64,000 nucleotides of DNA from Phoronis australis (lineage: Eukaryota > Animalia > Phoronida), in contig NMRA01000296.1 of the NCBI GenBank assembly GCA_002633005.1, positions 164,399-228,398 of the forward strand, given 5' to 3'. Positions 13,801-26,157 of this stretch are shown piece after piece. The notes beneath the pieces are model-generated. The model had not been told where the DNA came from and searched no databases. It saw only the letters and a list, made by a program, of their open reading frames with translations. A program made the translations under genes and the position numbers. Position 1 is the first letter of the stretch; each line of letters opens with the position of its first letter.

Positions 13801-16800
13801 CGTGAACAGTAAGTCATAGCCAGAAATGGGTTTCACATTGTTGACAGAGCTTGAAAAGGTCTACGCAAATACCAAATTTCAGGATGATCGGTCAACAGAC
13901 GCCAAAAAATAACGTACACAAACTCAATTAGAGAGCAGTCATAAGAAAATCTTGACTAACTCAAGAAGGTTAAGTATTCGAGAAATACAAATGACACCCT
14001 GTGAAATGATCAATCCACAGAAGGAAACAATCAGAAGAAATCAGAAAAAATCATACAGAATCAGCAAATTAAGGTATGGCTTTCCAAACCAAAACAGTGG
14101 AAAATTGCCGCCACAACGTCACCTTGGCTCTGACTTCAACCAAAAACAATAGGTTTCGAGCTACTCAGAAGACAAAATGTAGTGAGCAAATTCCATGTTA
14201 ATCAGATGCAAATTGCGACCTGTAGCACGCAAACTTTCAATTCACCAAGTAATAAAGAACCATTAAGTGAGAACTGATCTTTGAAAAGTCACTTGGTTAC
14301 GTTAAGATCTATTTTCATTTTTAGATTATTTAAACTCATCTCAGCATGGGGTCTCCAACAGACCTCCTAATCATTACAACTGAAACAGCCTACATTAGAC
14401 ATGAACTTGGATGTCAAATTGGGGGTGGGGGTTGCAAGTATTCCCAAGCAAGACTCCTACTATGGCTAAAGGTCATTTATCTGCTCTCTGGTGAGTATTC
14501 ACTATTAAGATATTGGATCCGGTTTTTAGTTGGGCTTATCTTTCCATGTATTTCAAAATCGTAGAAATTTGTAGGAATTTTTAGTTGGACTTATCTTTCC
14601 ATGTATTTCAAAATCCTAGAAATTCGCAGAATTTTTTAGTTGGGCTTATCTTTCCATGCATTTCAGAATCGTAGAAATTTGCAGGAATTTTTGGTTGGGC
14701 TTATCTTTCCATGTATTTCAAAATTGTAGAAATTTGCAGGAATTTTTAGTTCGGCTTATCTTTCCATGTATTTCAAAATCCTAGAAATTCGCAGAACTTT
14801 TTTGTTGGGCTTATCTGTCCATGTATTTCAAAATCGTAGAAATTTGCAGGAACTTTTAGATGTGCTCATCAGTTGTGACGATGCCTTCAAGATTCACATT
14901 ACAATTTGTGGCCCCCTGTGGACAGGTCATGAAAATGATGTTGCAAAACATCTGTGAGACTGGCAACATCTGTTCATTCATTGAATAAACAAGCAACTCA
15001 GCCAACCCAGCAATACTGCCATTAGAGAGCAATCTGTCTTGGAATTTAAATGAGTAAACAAAAGTCTTAACTCATGAATTTCACTCTCAATTTATGCTGT
15101 GAAACTAGATGGAACTTATAAGTTTAAAAGCTGCTTTCGGAATAGGGTTAGTCCCTTGACTAGTTCCCAGTAGGAACATATTTTAGATCAGTGTGATAAT
15201 AAACCCACCGTACCAAATTGTTGCATTCCTCACTAGACTAACATTACATTGGCTCACCAAGTTTATAGCTTCATCATACCAATCACGAGATAAATGCTGT
15301 ACCGCAACACAGATTCGACAACCAATTGCCAAAGTTGGTCCGATTACGTGAGAGCAATGAAAAAGGTTTGGACTATTTTGCTCGTCAATCCTAAATTATC
15401 TCCCCACTTCGTGTGAGTGTGGAGCTCTTCTGCCATTTCAAGCAATGTCCATGTTTTTGCTATTTCTGTTTACTCACTGTTCAGTATACATGTCTCAAAA
15501 TAAAAAGCAGCAACTGGTTGTGGTATCCATATTGCAGAACAGCGTAGCAACATCTTGTGTTTACAACAGTGAAGCCTTGACGAAGGTATGTTTAAGTCAA
15601 GTCAAGTGAGAAAGGTGACAATTTGGTAGGTGGGTTATCATGCTTTTCTAAAACATGTCCCGACCACGAACTAGCCCAGACTAACTCTATAATATGAAAG
15701 CAGAGCTCTTTAGAATCTCAACAAATTTGTGTCCCAATGAAACAATTTTCTAGGTGAAATTTCCCTGAACAAATACTGGAATTATATCAGGCAATTTTCG
15801 CATGGGAACGGCGCTTAAGTGTGGTGAGACCACAGGACATGCTATCTGCCTGTAATGCGCAGAGTATATGGGATAGGAGCCTGGCCAAAACATCCTGCAA
15901 TTCATACTACCAGACATAAGTGGCAACTGATCACATGGGATCAGGTATTAGAGGACTTTAAAGCCAGGACAAGAAGGCAATTTTGCTTGTGTTAAAAATA
16001 CATCATGTCTTATCAGGTACACTGCAAAAGGGCCTTTTGTCAAAGTCAGTCCCGGCACCACCAGGTGGTGACGAGAGTCACCAGTCCCATATGTTCAGCC
16101 CCTGTTGGTTCCTGGAAGTATCACATACTCAAACGCATACTAGGCTACAAGGGGAGATAATACATCGGAAACTGAAACACTTGAAACAGAAGTATTATTG
16201 CTTGGGAATAAACTAAATCTGGCTATGGAGACAAAAGTAATACCAGCAAGCAGGAAAATGTAAATCATCATTGGCTGCAGGAAAGAATTCATAATCAAGA
16301 GATTAATCATGTTTAACTGGATCTAATTAGTTCATAACATTGATGTGACCTTTGAGGACTTCCCAGCCATGAATTCAAGAGAAACACAAAATTCAAATAA
16401 TGTATTGCCACCTCAACAGAATTAAGGCTTAGTGCACCGCTCATAATACCAGCACGAAGCAAAATATACGGTACCCTTATTTACCCAAGAATCAGATCAT
16501 AAGCAAATTCCATTCAACTGCAAATACAGTCAAATACATGCCAAATTTCACAATCATCCTTAGAGTGCTTTGGGTGTTGGAGGAGCGGACGTCAAAAAAC
16601 GACTTGAAAATAGTAAAAATGGCCACTAGATGGCGCAAAATCCATCGAAGCAATCCGAAAACGAGAGGATAGAGTCAACTCATTAATAGATGCCTAATAT
16701 GTACAAAATTTCATGAAAATCGGTTGAAGACCTTTGAAGCTACAGTGGCAAACGTAAAAAACTAAAATTGCCACTAGTGGGCACAGCGGTAATCGGGTCG

Positions 16801-17631
16801 CTCCGAAACTCGCCTCCCTCAGTCGTAGACCCCATAGGAACACACCTGCTAAATTTCAATACGATCCTGCAAGGGGTTTAGGAGATACAGCCGCGGACGC
16901 CGGACGCCCAGACAGAGATGACGGCAATATGCAACCACATATATATGTGGGCGCATAATAACACATATCATTCAAAGCAAAACTAAGAAAAAATCAAGCA
17001 TTTGTAGTGACTGCAACTTTTCTTTTCAAGAAATAATATTAACAAAACTTTTCAATGAGATATGTCTTCAGGGAATAATAACTTCATTTTCGTTCCAGCT
17101 GCTTCACTCAGAACCTAGAAGTTTGACAATACTTAATCAGTTGCGTTTCTCTCTAGAAACGGGAGACCCAAACCATTGTCTGAGAGCACAAGACTTTAAT
17201 GCAATACTAACCTGAAGGCGAGGTGTTGGATTGATTGTGATGTTTGGCTCCATTGATTTATTCGCTGGTTGGTTTGTGGGAGTGTGCCTAGCCCAAGGAC
17301 CATTGGATTTGCTCTGAGAGTTTGACGAATGCGTAGAATAATCCGTCGTGTGACCGCCGTATGCGGTATTTCCTGGAAAACTGGGCGACACATTGTCACG
17401 GGGGGAACCTGCACCACTACTGATATAGGGTGGGCTATATCCACCAGAAGTGATGCCACTTCCGCTGCCACCAGGGGGCTCTGATGGTGTGTTCTTGATG
17501 TAACTTGGTGGATATTGTAGGGGTTTCATCTCACCAACAGCAGGTGGTGAAGGTGACTGTGTCACATGACATGGGAATGCCGGCTGGTCCCCAGTAGGCG
17601 ATGGTATATTGACCAACGGTAGACGACTCAT
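7826..17631 (-). CDS. PLAC8/cornifelin-family cysteine-rich protein, 273 aa; exons (minus) 17631-17212, 10835-10700, 8674-8535, 7951-7826
   Basis: GT-AG exons join in frame (phases 0, 1, 0). A Pro/Ser/Gly-rich N-terminus is followed by DWNSALCQCCDGTNTCFGICCCLPCFVCWLSNRMEEGCCMPLCVPLSVMALRMKARYQNNIKGSIVGDFCASLWCCPCVLCQLKREL, the PLAC8 (DUF614) domain pattern. Family is clear; orthology (PLAC8, CNFN or PLAC8L1) is not resolvable by eye. Confidence 0.9.
8270..8600. repeat. Degenerate tandem repeat (~3 copies, ~112-130 bp) spanning the PLAC8-like exon-3 splice donor
   Basis: GTTATTCTGACAGTGATATTACCTTAATG (8513) recurs as GTTATTCAGACATTGATATTACCTTGATG (8401). CACAGCTACTACAG...GTAATCAGTGA occurs twice. 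Confidence 0.65.
14523..14859. repeat. 55-bp minisatellite, ~6 copies
   Basis: T(T/G)TCCATG recurs at 14541, 14596, 14651, 14706, 14761 and 14816. Confidence 0.93.
15123..15712. mobile_element. Old non-autonomous DNA transposon with ~110-bp imperfect TIRs (Kolobok-like ends)
   Basis: CTGCTTTCGGAATAGGGTTAGTC...AACCCACCGTACCAAATTGT is mirrored by ACAATTTGGTAGGTGGGTT...GACTAACTCTATAATATGAAAGCAG. TTTAAA and TTTAG at the ends. Confidence 0.6.
16400..16960 (+). mobile_element. Non-autonomous Helentron/Helitron-like element
   Basis: Internal repeated AAATTTCA...(G)ATC units, a CGGACGCCGGACG block, and a 3' hairpin ATGCAACCACATAT/ATATGTGGGCGCAT followed by AATAA. The 5' boundary is approximate. Confidence 0.55.
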
Positions 17632-19151
17632 TTCAGCCACAAATGGCCCTCACAGGAGGCTCTCAATCAAGTCATTCTGTAACAAAATTCAATACAAAAT
17701 ATCAATGTGAACCCAATCTAGATGAAAGTTAAGAATTAGACTCAGTTGGTTTTCTAACATAATGTATTATGTTGCAACAAGACTGATAAGGTAATACAAC
17801 TTTGCATTAATGGTTCATGAAAGTTTAATTCAGCTGTTTGAATATTAACAAGATACAAACACATTACTTCTGGTGAACCTAGCAATAGGATGTTTCTGGA
17901 TAGAAATAACCTTTGTCCAGGAGGTTCGAAAAAGCACCGTTAAGTTGGCCTCGTCTTAGTAAAGTTGGGCTGATTCTAGGAACCATGTCGGAAAATATCG
18001 CATCCACGGATACTTCTCAAATTATCCCTGTACCATCAGACAATATTTTGAAAAACTGCATTCACAATAGCATTACAAGACTTTGAGAAAAGAACACAAA
18101 TGGTAATTTTGGCAATTGCTTTGTGCGAACATGGTGAGACTTTGCTGTAATGCAGTTGAGCAAACTTCAAGTAAAAAGCACTAAAATGGTGTGAAAATGA
18201 GACAGGAAAACTGCTTGACAGAAGTGGGCAATTACCATGAGATTCAAGTGTCCTGCGTAATATGGGATCACTCTGTTTAAAAGTGGTTATACCCCTGGGT
18301 AAGTTGCCTCAACTTGTACAACTTTATAGTGCAAACGAAGCGAAGTTTGATCATGTCCAGTGGTAAAATTAGAGGTAAGTAGGTGCCGAAAGCCCACCGT
18401 ATCACCTTGAGCACTGAACGTAACTTACGGTGCGTAAGCTCTACGTTCAAATGCCAAAAGCTGGTTGGCTGCACCTACGTGCGCCTACACCCCACTACAG
18501 CACTGATCATGCCTCCACTCTTCTCGCAGTCAAGTGTCAGATTTGCCCTAATTCAGCAAAAACCACTAAACCGTGCGATATTAATAGTAAATTGAATGAC
18601 CACTATGCAAATTTACACAAACTGACATTAGTTAACTAAGTCATATGGGGTACGAGGAACAAAATGTCAACAGTAAAGGGTCCAGTTGTTTTAATATTGC
18701 AACATGGTGATTAATGATTAAGCACTTGAGGCCTGACAGTTTAATCAACATAGTACTTTTAAAGGCAGCCTCTAGCAGGTTTCATTGACAACAGTCTTAA
18801 TCATGTAATCAAGACATGTCTAGAGTCAGCCTAGATTAATGACAAAAAGATAAGGTAAAGCACATTGAACAAGTGCAGGCTGTATAGCCATGTTGAATAG
18901 GGACTCTTTCTTGTGGGGAATTCTCAGATGATTGTATAAAAAAACAATGTTAAATCAATGGAACTGCTGTAAGTTGTCACAAAGTAGCACAGTTGACAGC
19001 AGTGTGCTGTTAAAACGGTCACTTCAAATGCCGCTTTGCTAGTGGTAAAAATACTCCAAAACTACTGGCGATTTCGCTAGCACTTATGTAGCCAGACCGC
19101 TTACTTCAAAGGACACATGCATTACACAGAATAAGAAGAGGTTTTTGTTTC

Positions 19152-19550
19152 TAAGTCCCCTCGACACACAGCCTACCCTGAAACAATCTGCACTAGTGCA
19201 ACGTACCCCACTTTTAAGTAGAATGTCTACACAGTCACATATCTGACAACTATGGTAACGTGGAAGGTGGCGCTCTGTGTGTAATAATGAACACCTACTG
19301 TGAATGCAGCACATAAAAATGTCTGTATGTAACCACAGCTGACAATTACTTCTGCCTTGCCACCTTGTCCCAGGTTTGCAGCCACACAGGAATTTGAACT
19401 GGTGCAAGTTACCCTAGAACAAGTTACACTACCTCAAAATGGTGGAGAAAGTTGTCACAAGTAAGTTGCACTCACACAGCCTCCAAACCTAGCGAAAATT
19501 TGTTCCATGAGTAATTTGTTCTAGGGTGTCTGTGTGTGGAGGGCACTTTA
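19152..19550. mobile_element. MITE with imperfect ~35-bp TIRs
   Basis: TAAGTCCCCTCGACACACAGCCTACCCTGAAACAA versus TTGTTCTAGGGTGTCTGTGTGTGGAGGGCACTTTA. Confidence 0.6.
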
Positions 19551-21329
19551 TAGCATTTATCAATTCATGCAGTAACTGAAAGTGTTCTGACATCAATTTT
19601 TGCTTTAAAAGACACTTGGATGGCGTTGAAGCAAACTAACTGCCAGCGAAAATGACTGCTTTACCTCTGATTAAAACATAAGGGTTTCTGTCATGGAAAA
19701 ACAGCTACAGTTTTCAGCACTCACTCTACACCTAGCACTTGAATCCTGGACTCACCTGAAAGAGTCAGGTGTCAAAACGTCTGCAATCTTCTAATTTGAC
19801 TTAAATCACGGATAAACTAAAAGCTGATTGATCAGCATACAAGATATTAGATTTCAAATGTAGGCAATTACAGAGAAAATGTTGGAAAGTGCTAAAATGT
19901 CAAAAGCACTGTTTAGTGGTCAATTGTGACACAGTGCAAAAACTGACTTTGGTGCAAAATGATCCATGTTAAGTGACCGTTTACACACACAACTCAGAAG
20001 TGGTGGCAAGGCGGATGCTGTATGACAAGGTGGAGTGAACATGCTCAGGTTTACAAACTGCGGTAGTTATAGTTTATGTTGAGAAAGAGAAAATGATGCT
20101 TTTTTGCAAATTTCGAGGTCGAAAAATGTGTAAATCAAGTAAAAGGTGACTGCACCCGTCTTAACCCAGTTTTGCTTTCAGATGAAAAGTTGACATGGAA
20201 CAAAATAATCAGGCGCAAGTTGTTCTACCTCAAAAGCAGGCAACAAAATTGACCATTTATACACATAGTTTCATTGTCGTGGCAACTCGCTCCATGTCAG
20301 CTGCCTGCTCTGTGGCAACTCTTGTAGAAGTGTAAACGTCACTAAAGATCATGAGAAACCTGAACTCTCAACCTATGTTAACTAAAAATTGAGATACGTC
20401 AACAAAATGTTCAATACACGGTCTGTAAGTTGTAACTTATAACACAACGCAAGAAATATTGCACAAGGCTTTAATACAAGAAACGCAAGCTCAACAAAAC
20501 CAAAGTTGCTTTTCATCTTTTCTCATTTTGAGACCTGCAATCTAAAAAAGCCCACCTACATTAATTTCAGTCAAGGTCTTGTGTTTTTATTTAGAAAAAC
20601 TGCACAAAGGCAGGTAAGCAAGAATAAACAAGGTTTGAAATGCCACGATTTGCCAAGCAATTAGTGAAAAAGAAATTCTGTGTCATTTTAGCTCGTCTCG
20701 GGGAAAATTTTTCATTTTGAGAAGGAGAATTCTAAGAAATACCGCACTACCAACTCCATGTTCAACAACACAGACCAGAACCAGAGTAAAGCATGTTTCT
20801 TCGGGTAAACACGGAACTGGCATCTCCACTGAATAATACCAAACTGGTATTCAAAATACTGGTCCCTCACTATTGCCCTTTTTGGCCTATATGAAATTTC
20901 CACATATAAAGGAATTTAACTTCAGTCCAGAGTAGATTTGTAGCAAACGCTGTACCTTTCAGAAAATAAAATACAAAGTCACGTGATAAATAACAATGGT
21001 AGACCCGTAAGATTTATTTTTAAAAATCCAGGCTTTTCTTTCCTTAAGATACACTCACCCTATAAAGTTGCTCGTGTAGAATTTTGATAATGGTTATTAC
21101 TGATTTCGAAACTGAACAGAAAAATTTGTACACTGCAACTAACAAGCACGCCGGACTGTTGATGAGCATCGTCTTAAAAATAGTTCCTATCATTTAATAG
21201 TGCTTTACCATCTAATTCTAAAAGCACTACTGTAACATTACCTAGAGCCCAGACAGAGCTTAGCTTTAATAGAGATGTTGCCTTAATGCATTGCCAGCTA
21301 AACAGATACTTGTCTGGATATAGTTCATT

Positions 21330-21343
21330 GTAACCATGGAAAC
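21330..21343. promoter_or_regulatory. RFX X-box (consensus match)
   Basis: GTAACC-AT-GGAAAC fits GTHNYY-AT-RRNAAC. Confidence 0.5.
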
Positions 21344-22090
21344 ACAAACACTGGTCTACCTCATATGACTATGAGCATGACATGTTGATGAAATAACCAC
21401 CATGGTTTGGGTTGGTTTTAAATCACAAAAACAGAACAGTCAATCTATTGTAAGTTCTTTTCGTGAAAAAAATATTAAATTTGGCAAAACCACAAAAATT
21501 AACTACATAAGCAATGATAAAGTAACAAATTTGATATGTATGGAAATCAGTTACATTTTCTTTAATTAAATTTTAAAATTATTTTAAAATGTCACTAATG
21601 ATCTTTCTAAAAACCATGCTAGTAACAGTGCAAAATATTCCTACTGACTTAATACAAAGTTAAAAAAGTTTAAATTTCTTCATTAATTTATTAACTTCAG
21701 TAATTTTAATTAAACCTCGTTTTAAGAATGTACTTAAACACAAGAACACTATATGGCAGGATGTTGGACATATACACACTCACACTAGGAGATTTGACAC
21801 CAACCTTGTCAATGACTACAGGAGTAAGGAGTTACAACCAATTTCATCTTTTAATTATAGCAATGTTTCATCTGACAGCATATTACGTAATATCTGTAAC
21901 ATGCCACACTTTGACAGCAAGCCCCTGTCCACTTCAATCAGTGTTGGCCAAAGGTAATGAGAGCTCCTCAATGAATGAACTGTGCTTTTGGCCATTTGGT
22001 TTTGATATTAGCAGTCAGACCAACTGAGGTTGTAACTGACACCACATTGTCAAAGGCAGAAGTCGACACCATCCAGAGTCTGGGTGCATA

Positions 22091-22104
22091 GTCCTCATGG
22101 CAAC
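22091..22104. promoter_or_regulatory. RFX X-box (consensus match)
   Basis: GTCCTC-AT-GGCAAC. Confidence 0.45.
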
Positions 22105-24991
22105 AGACAAATTACTGTGCACAGGAAAAATCCTTAGATTTAGGTTACGCTATTACAGAAAAGCGGAAAAGTCATTCTGCCCCAATTTTGTAACAAAATT
22201 GCATTGTTGTCGACATGGTTTGTACGCATATTGAAGAATTTTAATTGAGGATAACCAATTTTAATTAACTTCATAGGAAACCTTTCTCTACCTGTTTCAT
22301 AATGCAATGGCATGGCTACGCTTTTAATGGACACATTATAACCTTCTTATGCAGAGACATGTTCGGAGCAGAACCCATCGTAAGTTTGACCTAGTTTTTG
22401 CAAGGTTAGGCTTGTGTCTCGCCTACGAGAGGAAGTGGCCAAATAACAAAAAAATACCAAGCACCTCTGACAATTTCAATTTTCATGTCAGCTTTGTAAG
22501 TTGCCAAGCAGAAGCAAATTTATTGACTTAAGAACAACTAATAGTAATTTAAATAACAAATGGCGAACTAATTTTGACATGATTAACACAACAGCATTTT
22601 ACCACTGTGGTGTAAGTGGGTAACCAAAAAGGGCGCTCCAGTATTTCAAGAACTGCCAATATTTTGTTTCATCTTATGCAAATTTTAAAGTGTAAATTTT
22701 GGATGTCATGTGAGTTGGTACACAATGCTAAGCTAAAATTAGTTTGGTCAAGCTGAAATCATACGACCATTCAAGGGAAGTTTATAATTTGGCAAAAAAT
22801 TCAAAAGTAAGCTTTTAAACAGGACACTATTTTTCCATGAAAATGTTAATGTTCTAAAGACAACTTCATCACGCCATTAACACTGTAAAATACAAGACAC
22901 GAGTGAACTACAGTAGAAATACCTACAGCACACATTTTTAACCCTTATTAGATGGTTAAAATATTCATAACTAAGCCATCAGTATCTACAGGTTACTGTT
23001 AACGAAATACGGAGGCAAAAAATTCATAAAAAACCACACTGGTCACAAACTGAAGCCGAGTGATATTCCGCCATTTTAGATTTGACGTTAAGTTGGAAGT
23101 GAGATTCATTTAGGAACGATTGAATAACAAGGCCGTCTATTCGACTGGGCCAAGAGTGTTCTACAAGGAGTAATTAACTAGATGGTAAGCATTGTGAGCA
23201 TAACAATGAACATGCAAAATCAGAATAATTAAGTAAAATTGCTATGCAGTAAGAAAATTCCAACAACTTGTGAAAATATTGTAAATATATTTAGACTGGG
23301 AACCACTGGTTTCCAGCGACTTTGTTAGTTGACCAACGACCAACTATGAGCGACGGCTTATTTCTTACAGAATACCAACAGGTGGCGAAATAACTTCAGA
23401 AAGAAAACTTGGTATTTTGCCAAATAGTGTTAATGAGTTCAAAGTAAAAGGAAGAATTTTCATTCAGTCTGAAGCATTCATAGAACCTACTACCATAGTC
23501 CGGCCACCGGTCTGGCCGAGGTCATCAGCGCTCTGCGGCGCAGGATAAACACATTAATTAGCCTTGAATAGATGAAATTCATGTGACCAAGAGATTAAAA
23601 AAATTACTGCATCATGCTCCTAACACTACAATATTTTCTCATCGCCGACATCCACCTCATAGACTACACTTCCTACTTAGAGTTTTAAATTGCAAAATTT
23701 TTAAATTTAGACAATGGTAGTGAAGATTGTATTTTTTTCAAGCTATAAAATATGTTTTGTCAAATAATTAAAAACAAAAGCCAATTAAGCAAGTGATTAT
23801 TTTCCAAGCGAAGTGACACATGGCAACTGCTGCTGGGGTAACTCAGCAAAAAATCAAGCACAGGTTCGCATTATTGCAATTCAGGTGAGGATCGCACGGT
23901 TTTGAGAAAAAAAGTTTTTGTTTATTGAAACATCACCGCGTGTAGATGTTTTTCTTTCCACTTTACAATTTTAATGGCCAGTGAAACTGGTGCTGCCAAG
24001 TTACGAAATGCACTGTCGGTTGTCACACGGCAATTGCTAGTACTTAGCATCAGTTTCACCATATGGCAATAAAGAAAAGTCATTTACTCATCTAGAAAGG
24101 TTTTTCCTCTAGACCCAATTTATTACCAGAACAAGTGAAATTCTTTTAAACATTTCAATAGCTATATTTCACACTAAACACAATATACTTCTTTGTTTTA
24201 GCCACAATAAGCAGTCTCAGGGGTGTTATCAATAACTGGAATGCTGAATCTAAATGGTAAAGCAATAAGAATGAAAGCAGCAAGGTCTAAACTCCACTGC
24301 CCCACGAAACCATCAAAGGATTGCTAGATTTACACAACAGATACCCGAGATCATTCTCTCCATTCATCTTGTAAGCCAAAGCTACTTCGTTTATCTCACT
24401 AAAATCCGACCAGATTATCTCTACACGAGGTATTTTGAGATAAAAAACATCATCTTCAGCAGTTCTAGGCAAGGCCACTGGTGAACAAGATAACCTCGCC
24501 ACCTGGTGATTGCATCACCCCCTAAAGCAGACTAGATTCTTTCTAGCATGAAGGTTTTCTCCCAACATCATCAAAAATGTCAAAGGCATTACCATATGAA
24601 GCTGCCGTGGCCTCATCAGTCATTACATTCATAAAATCCATTGTGTGTTATGGCTGCAAATAACAGCCCAACCATCACATCACAGAACATGTTGCAGGAA
24701 TATTTCTAGGTTCCGTCTGCAAATTTCAGTTTTACTTAGATCATGCTTATCTGTCAACATTTAATAACTTAATTTTGTGCAGTAAAACTATCAAAACAAT
24801 CAACTTTAGGCAAAAAAATGAGTGCAAAAATTGACAACTCTTACATGAGCAACCTTCATTCTGAAGCCATTTGCTTACTTGTAAGTGTTATTCCAAATGC
24901 TCTCCCTACAGCATTGAAATTTGAACATTGATTTGCAGCAAACGTAACCTCACCAACTTTCAACATCTTACATTAAACTCAGTTTTAACAC

Positions 24992-25165
24992 TAGGCAATG
25001 ACCATCGCCTCTGTTGGCCCGACCAGAGGCGATGCAGCTCCTATAGGAACTCCATACGCTCCATACATGCGAGGCATAATTTGCCGAAAAGCTTCCGGAG
25101 TACGGAGCGCCTACAGGAGCTGCATCGCCTCTGGTCGGGCCAACAGAGGCGATGGTCATTGCCTA
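24992..25165. mobile_element. Young 174-bp MITE with ~55-bp near-perfect TIRs and a 9-bp TSD (Mutator-like TSD length)
   Basis: TAGGCAATGACCATCGCCTCTGTTGGCCCGACCAGAGGCGATGCAGCTCCT and its exact reverse complement. TTTTAACAC is duplicated at 24983-24991 and 25166-25174. Confidence 0.9.
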
Positions 25166-25749
25166 TTTTAACACCTAATGTCCTAACACTAGACCTGTTC
25201 CTGAATCCCATTTTCTTGACCCAGGTCATCCGTCATACTCCGAGACACAAGTCACAGTGACACAGGTGCCCGTTATATGAACGCAATTAATGCACTAGCA
25301 ATAACACAAGATCAGGCAAGTCTTAGTCTTCGCGACATACTATCAACCTGCAGTTGGCTATTGGCTGAACGGATTAGAGGTAAGTCTTGGTTACTTTCAG
25401 CAAACTGCAAAGTTTTCTACATTGATTTAGTTTGACTGTGCCCTGGGGCAAACAGATAGACTGGTGACAAAAATTATCATTACTTACAGCACAATTTGGG
25501 AGAAGACAGAAACAACAGTAACTTGTAGACCGCAGTGCAAACTGCATTAAAATTAAAAACAATTAAGTCATCCGCACCCCAAGAGTACTCGGTTCGAATA
25601 CCTCACTTCGCTTGTTTACCCACGGATGTACCAACGAAATAGCTACTTTGTTTATCTATCTTCTCAATCAACGTGACCTTCCGTAAATTTCCGTGTTTTT
25701 TTAATGTCTGACCAAAAAACGTTTAACCAATTTGTATTTAAGTGTTAAA

Positions 25750-25980
25750 CTTAAAAATGGCAGTAAAAATTGTATCTTTTTATTTAATGAAAAGAGAAAA
25801 GTAAAAAGTAAATGCATGACGGAAAATCTCATAGCAACAGCGCCATTTTTGTTTCAAAATGGCTGCCCTTATGATCTTGAAAGTTTTCTGATATTGTTTA
25901 GTCTTTTTAGCTCTCAAATAGACAACTCATAGCTGTGAAAAGTGATATTTGTTATGTGCAATAGCTAGATTTGCAGAAAG
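25750..25980 (+). promoter_or_regulatory. Putative CFAP65 core promoter and non-coding first exon (donor AAG|GTACGT at 25981)
   Basis: X-box-like AATCTC-AT-AGCAAC (25825-25838), opposed YY1-like GCCATTTT (25842) and AAAATGGC (25856), then a splice donor 168 nt before the first coding exon acceptor at 26149. Confidence 0.5.
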
Positions 25981-26157
25981 GTACGTTTTAAGCGTTGCTT
26001 GAAGAGATTATGCGTAATTTAAGTTGGTTGAACCAATCATTTTTCTACATCTGCGTATTTGTGTCCCTGATGACAAAAATTATCAAAATAAGCTCATCTA
26101 ACGTAGCTATCCTACTTGTGGTACTTACGTAAAGTTACTTTATTACAGACAGTGACA

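Noticed and set aside
14523-14859. Regularly spaced repeats (also 27434, 39570, 43891, 58150) as CRISPR arrays
   Set aside because: Units are contiguous with no unique spacers, there are no cas genes, and the context is a spliced eukaryotic locus.
24928-25260. Overlapping ORFs sharing GNDHRLCWPDQRRCSS
   Set aside because: Translations of the palindromic MITE.
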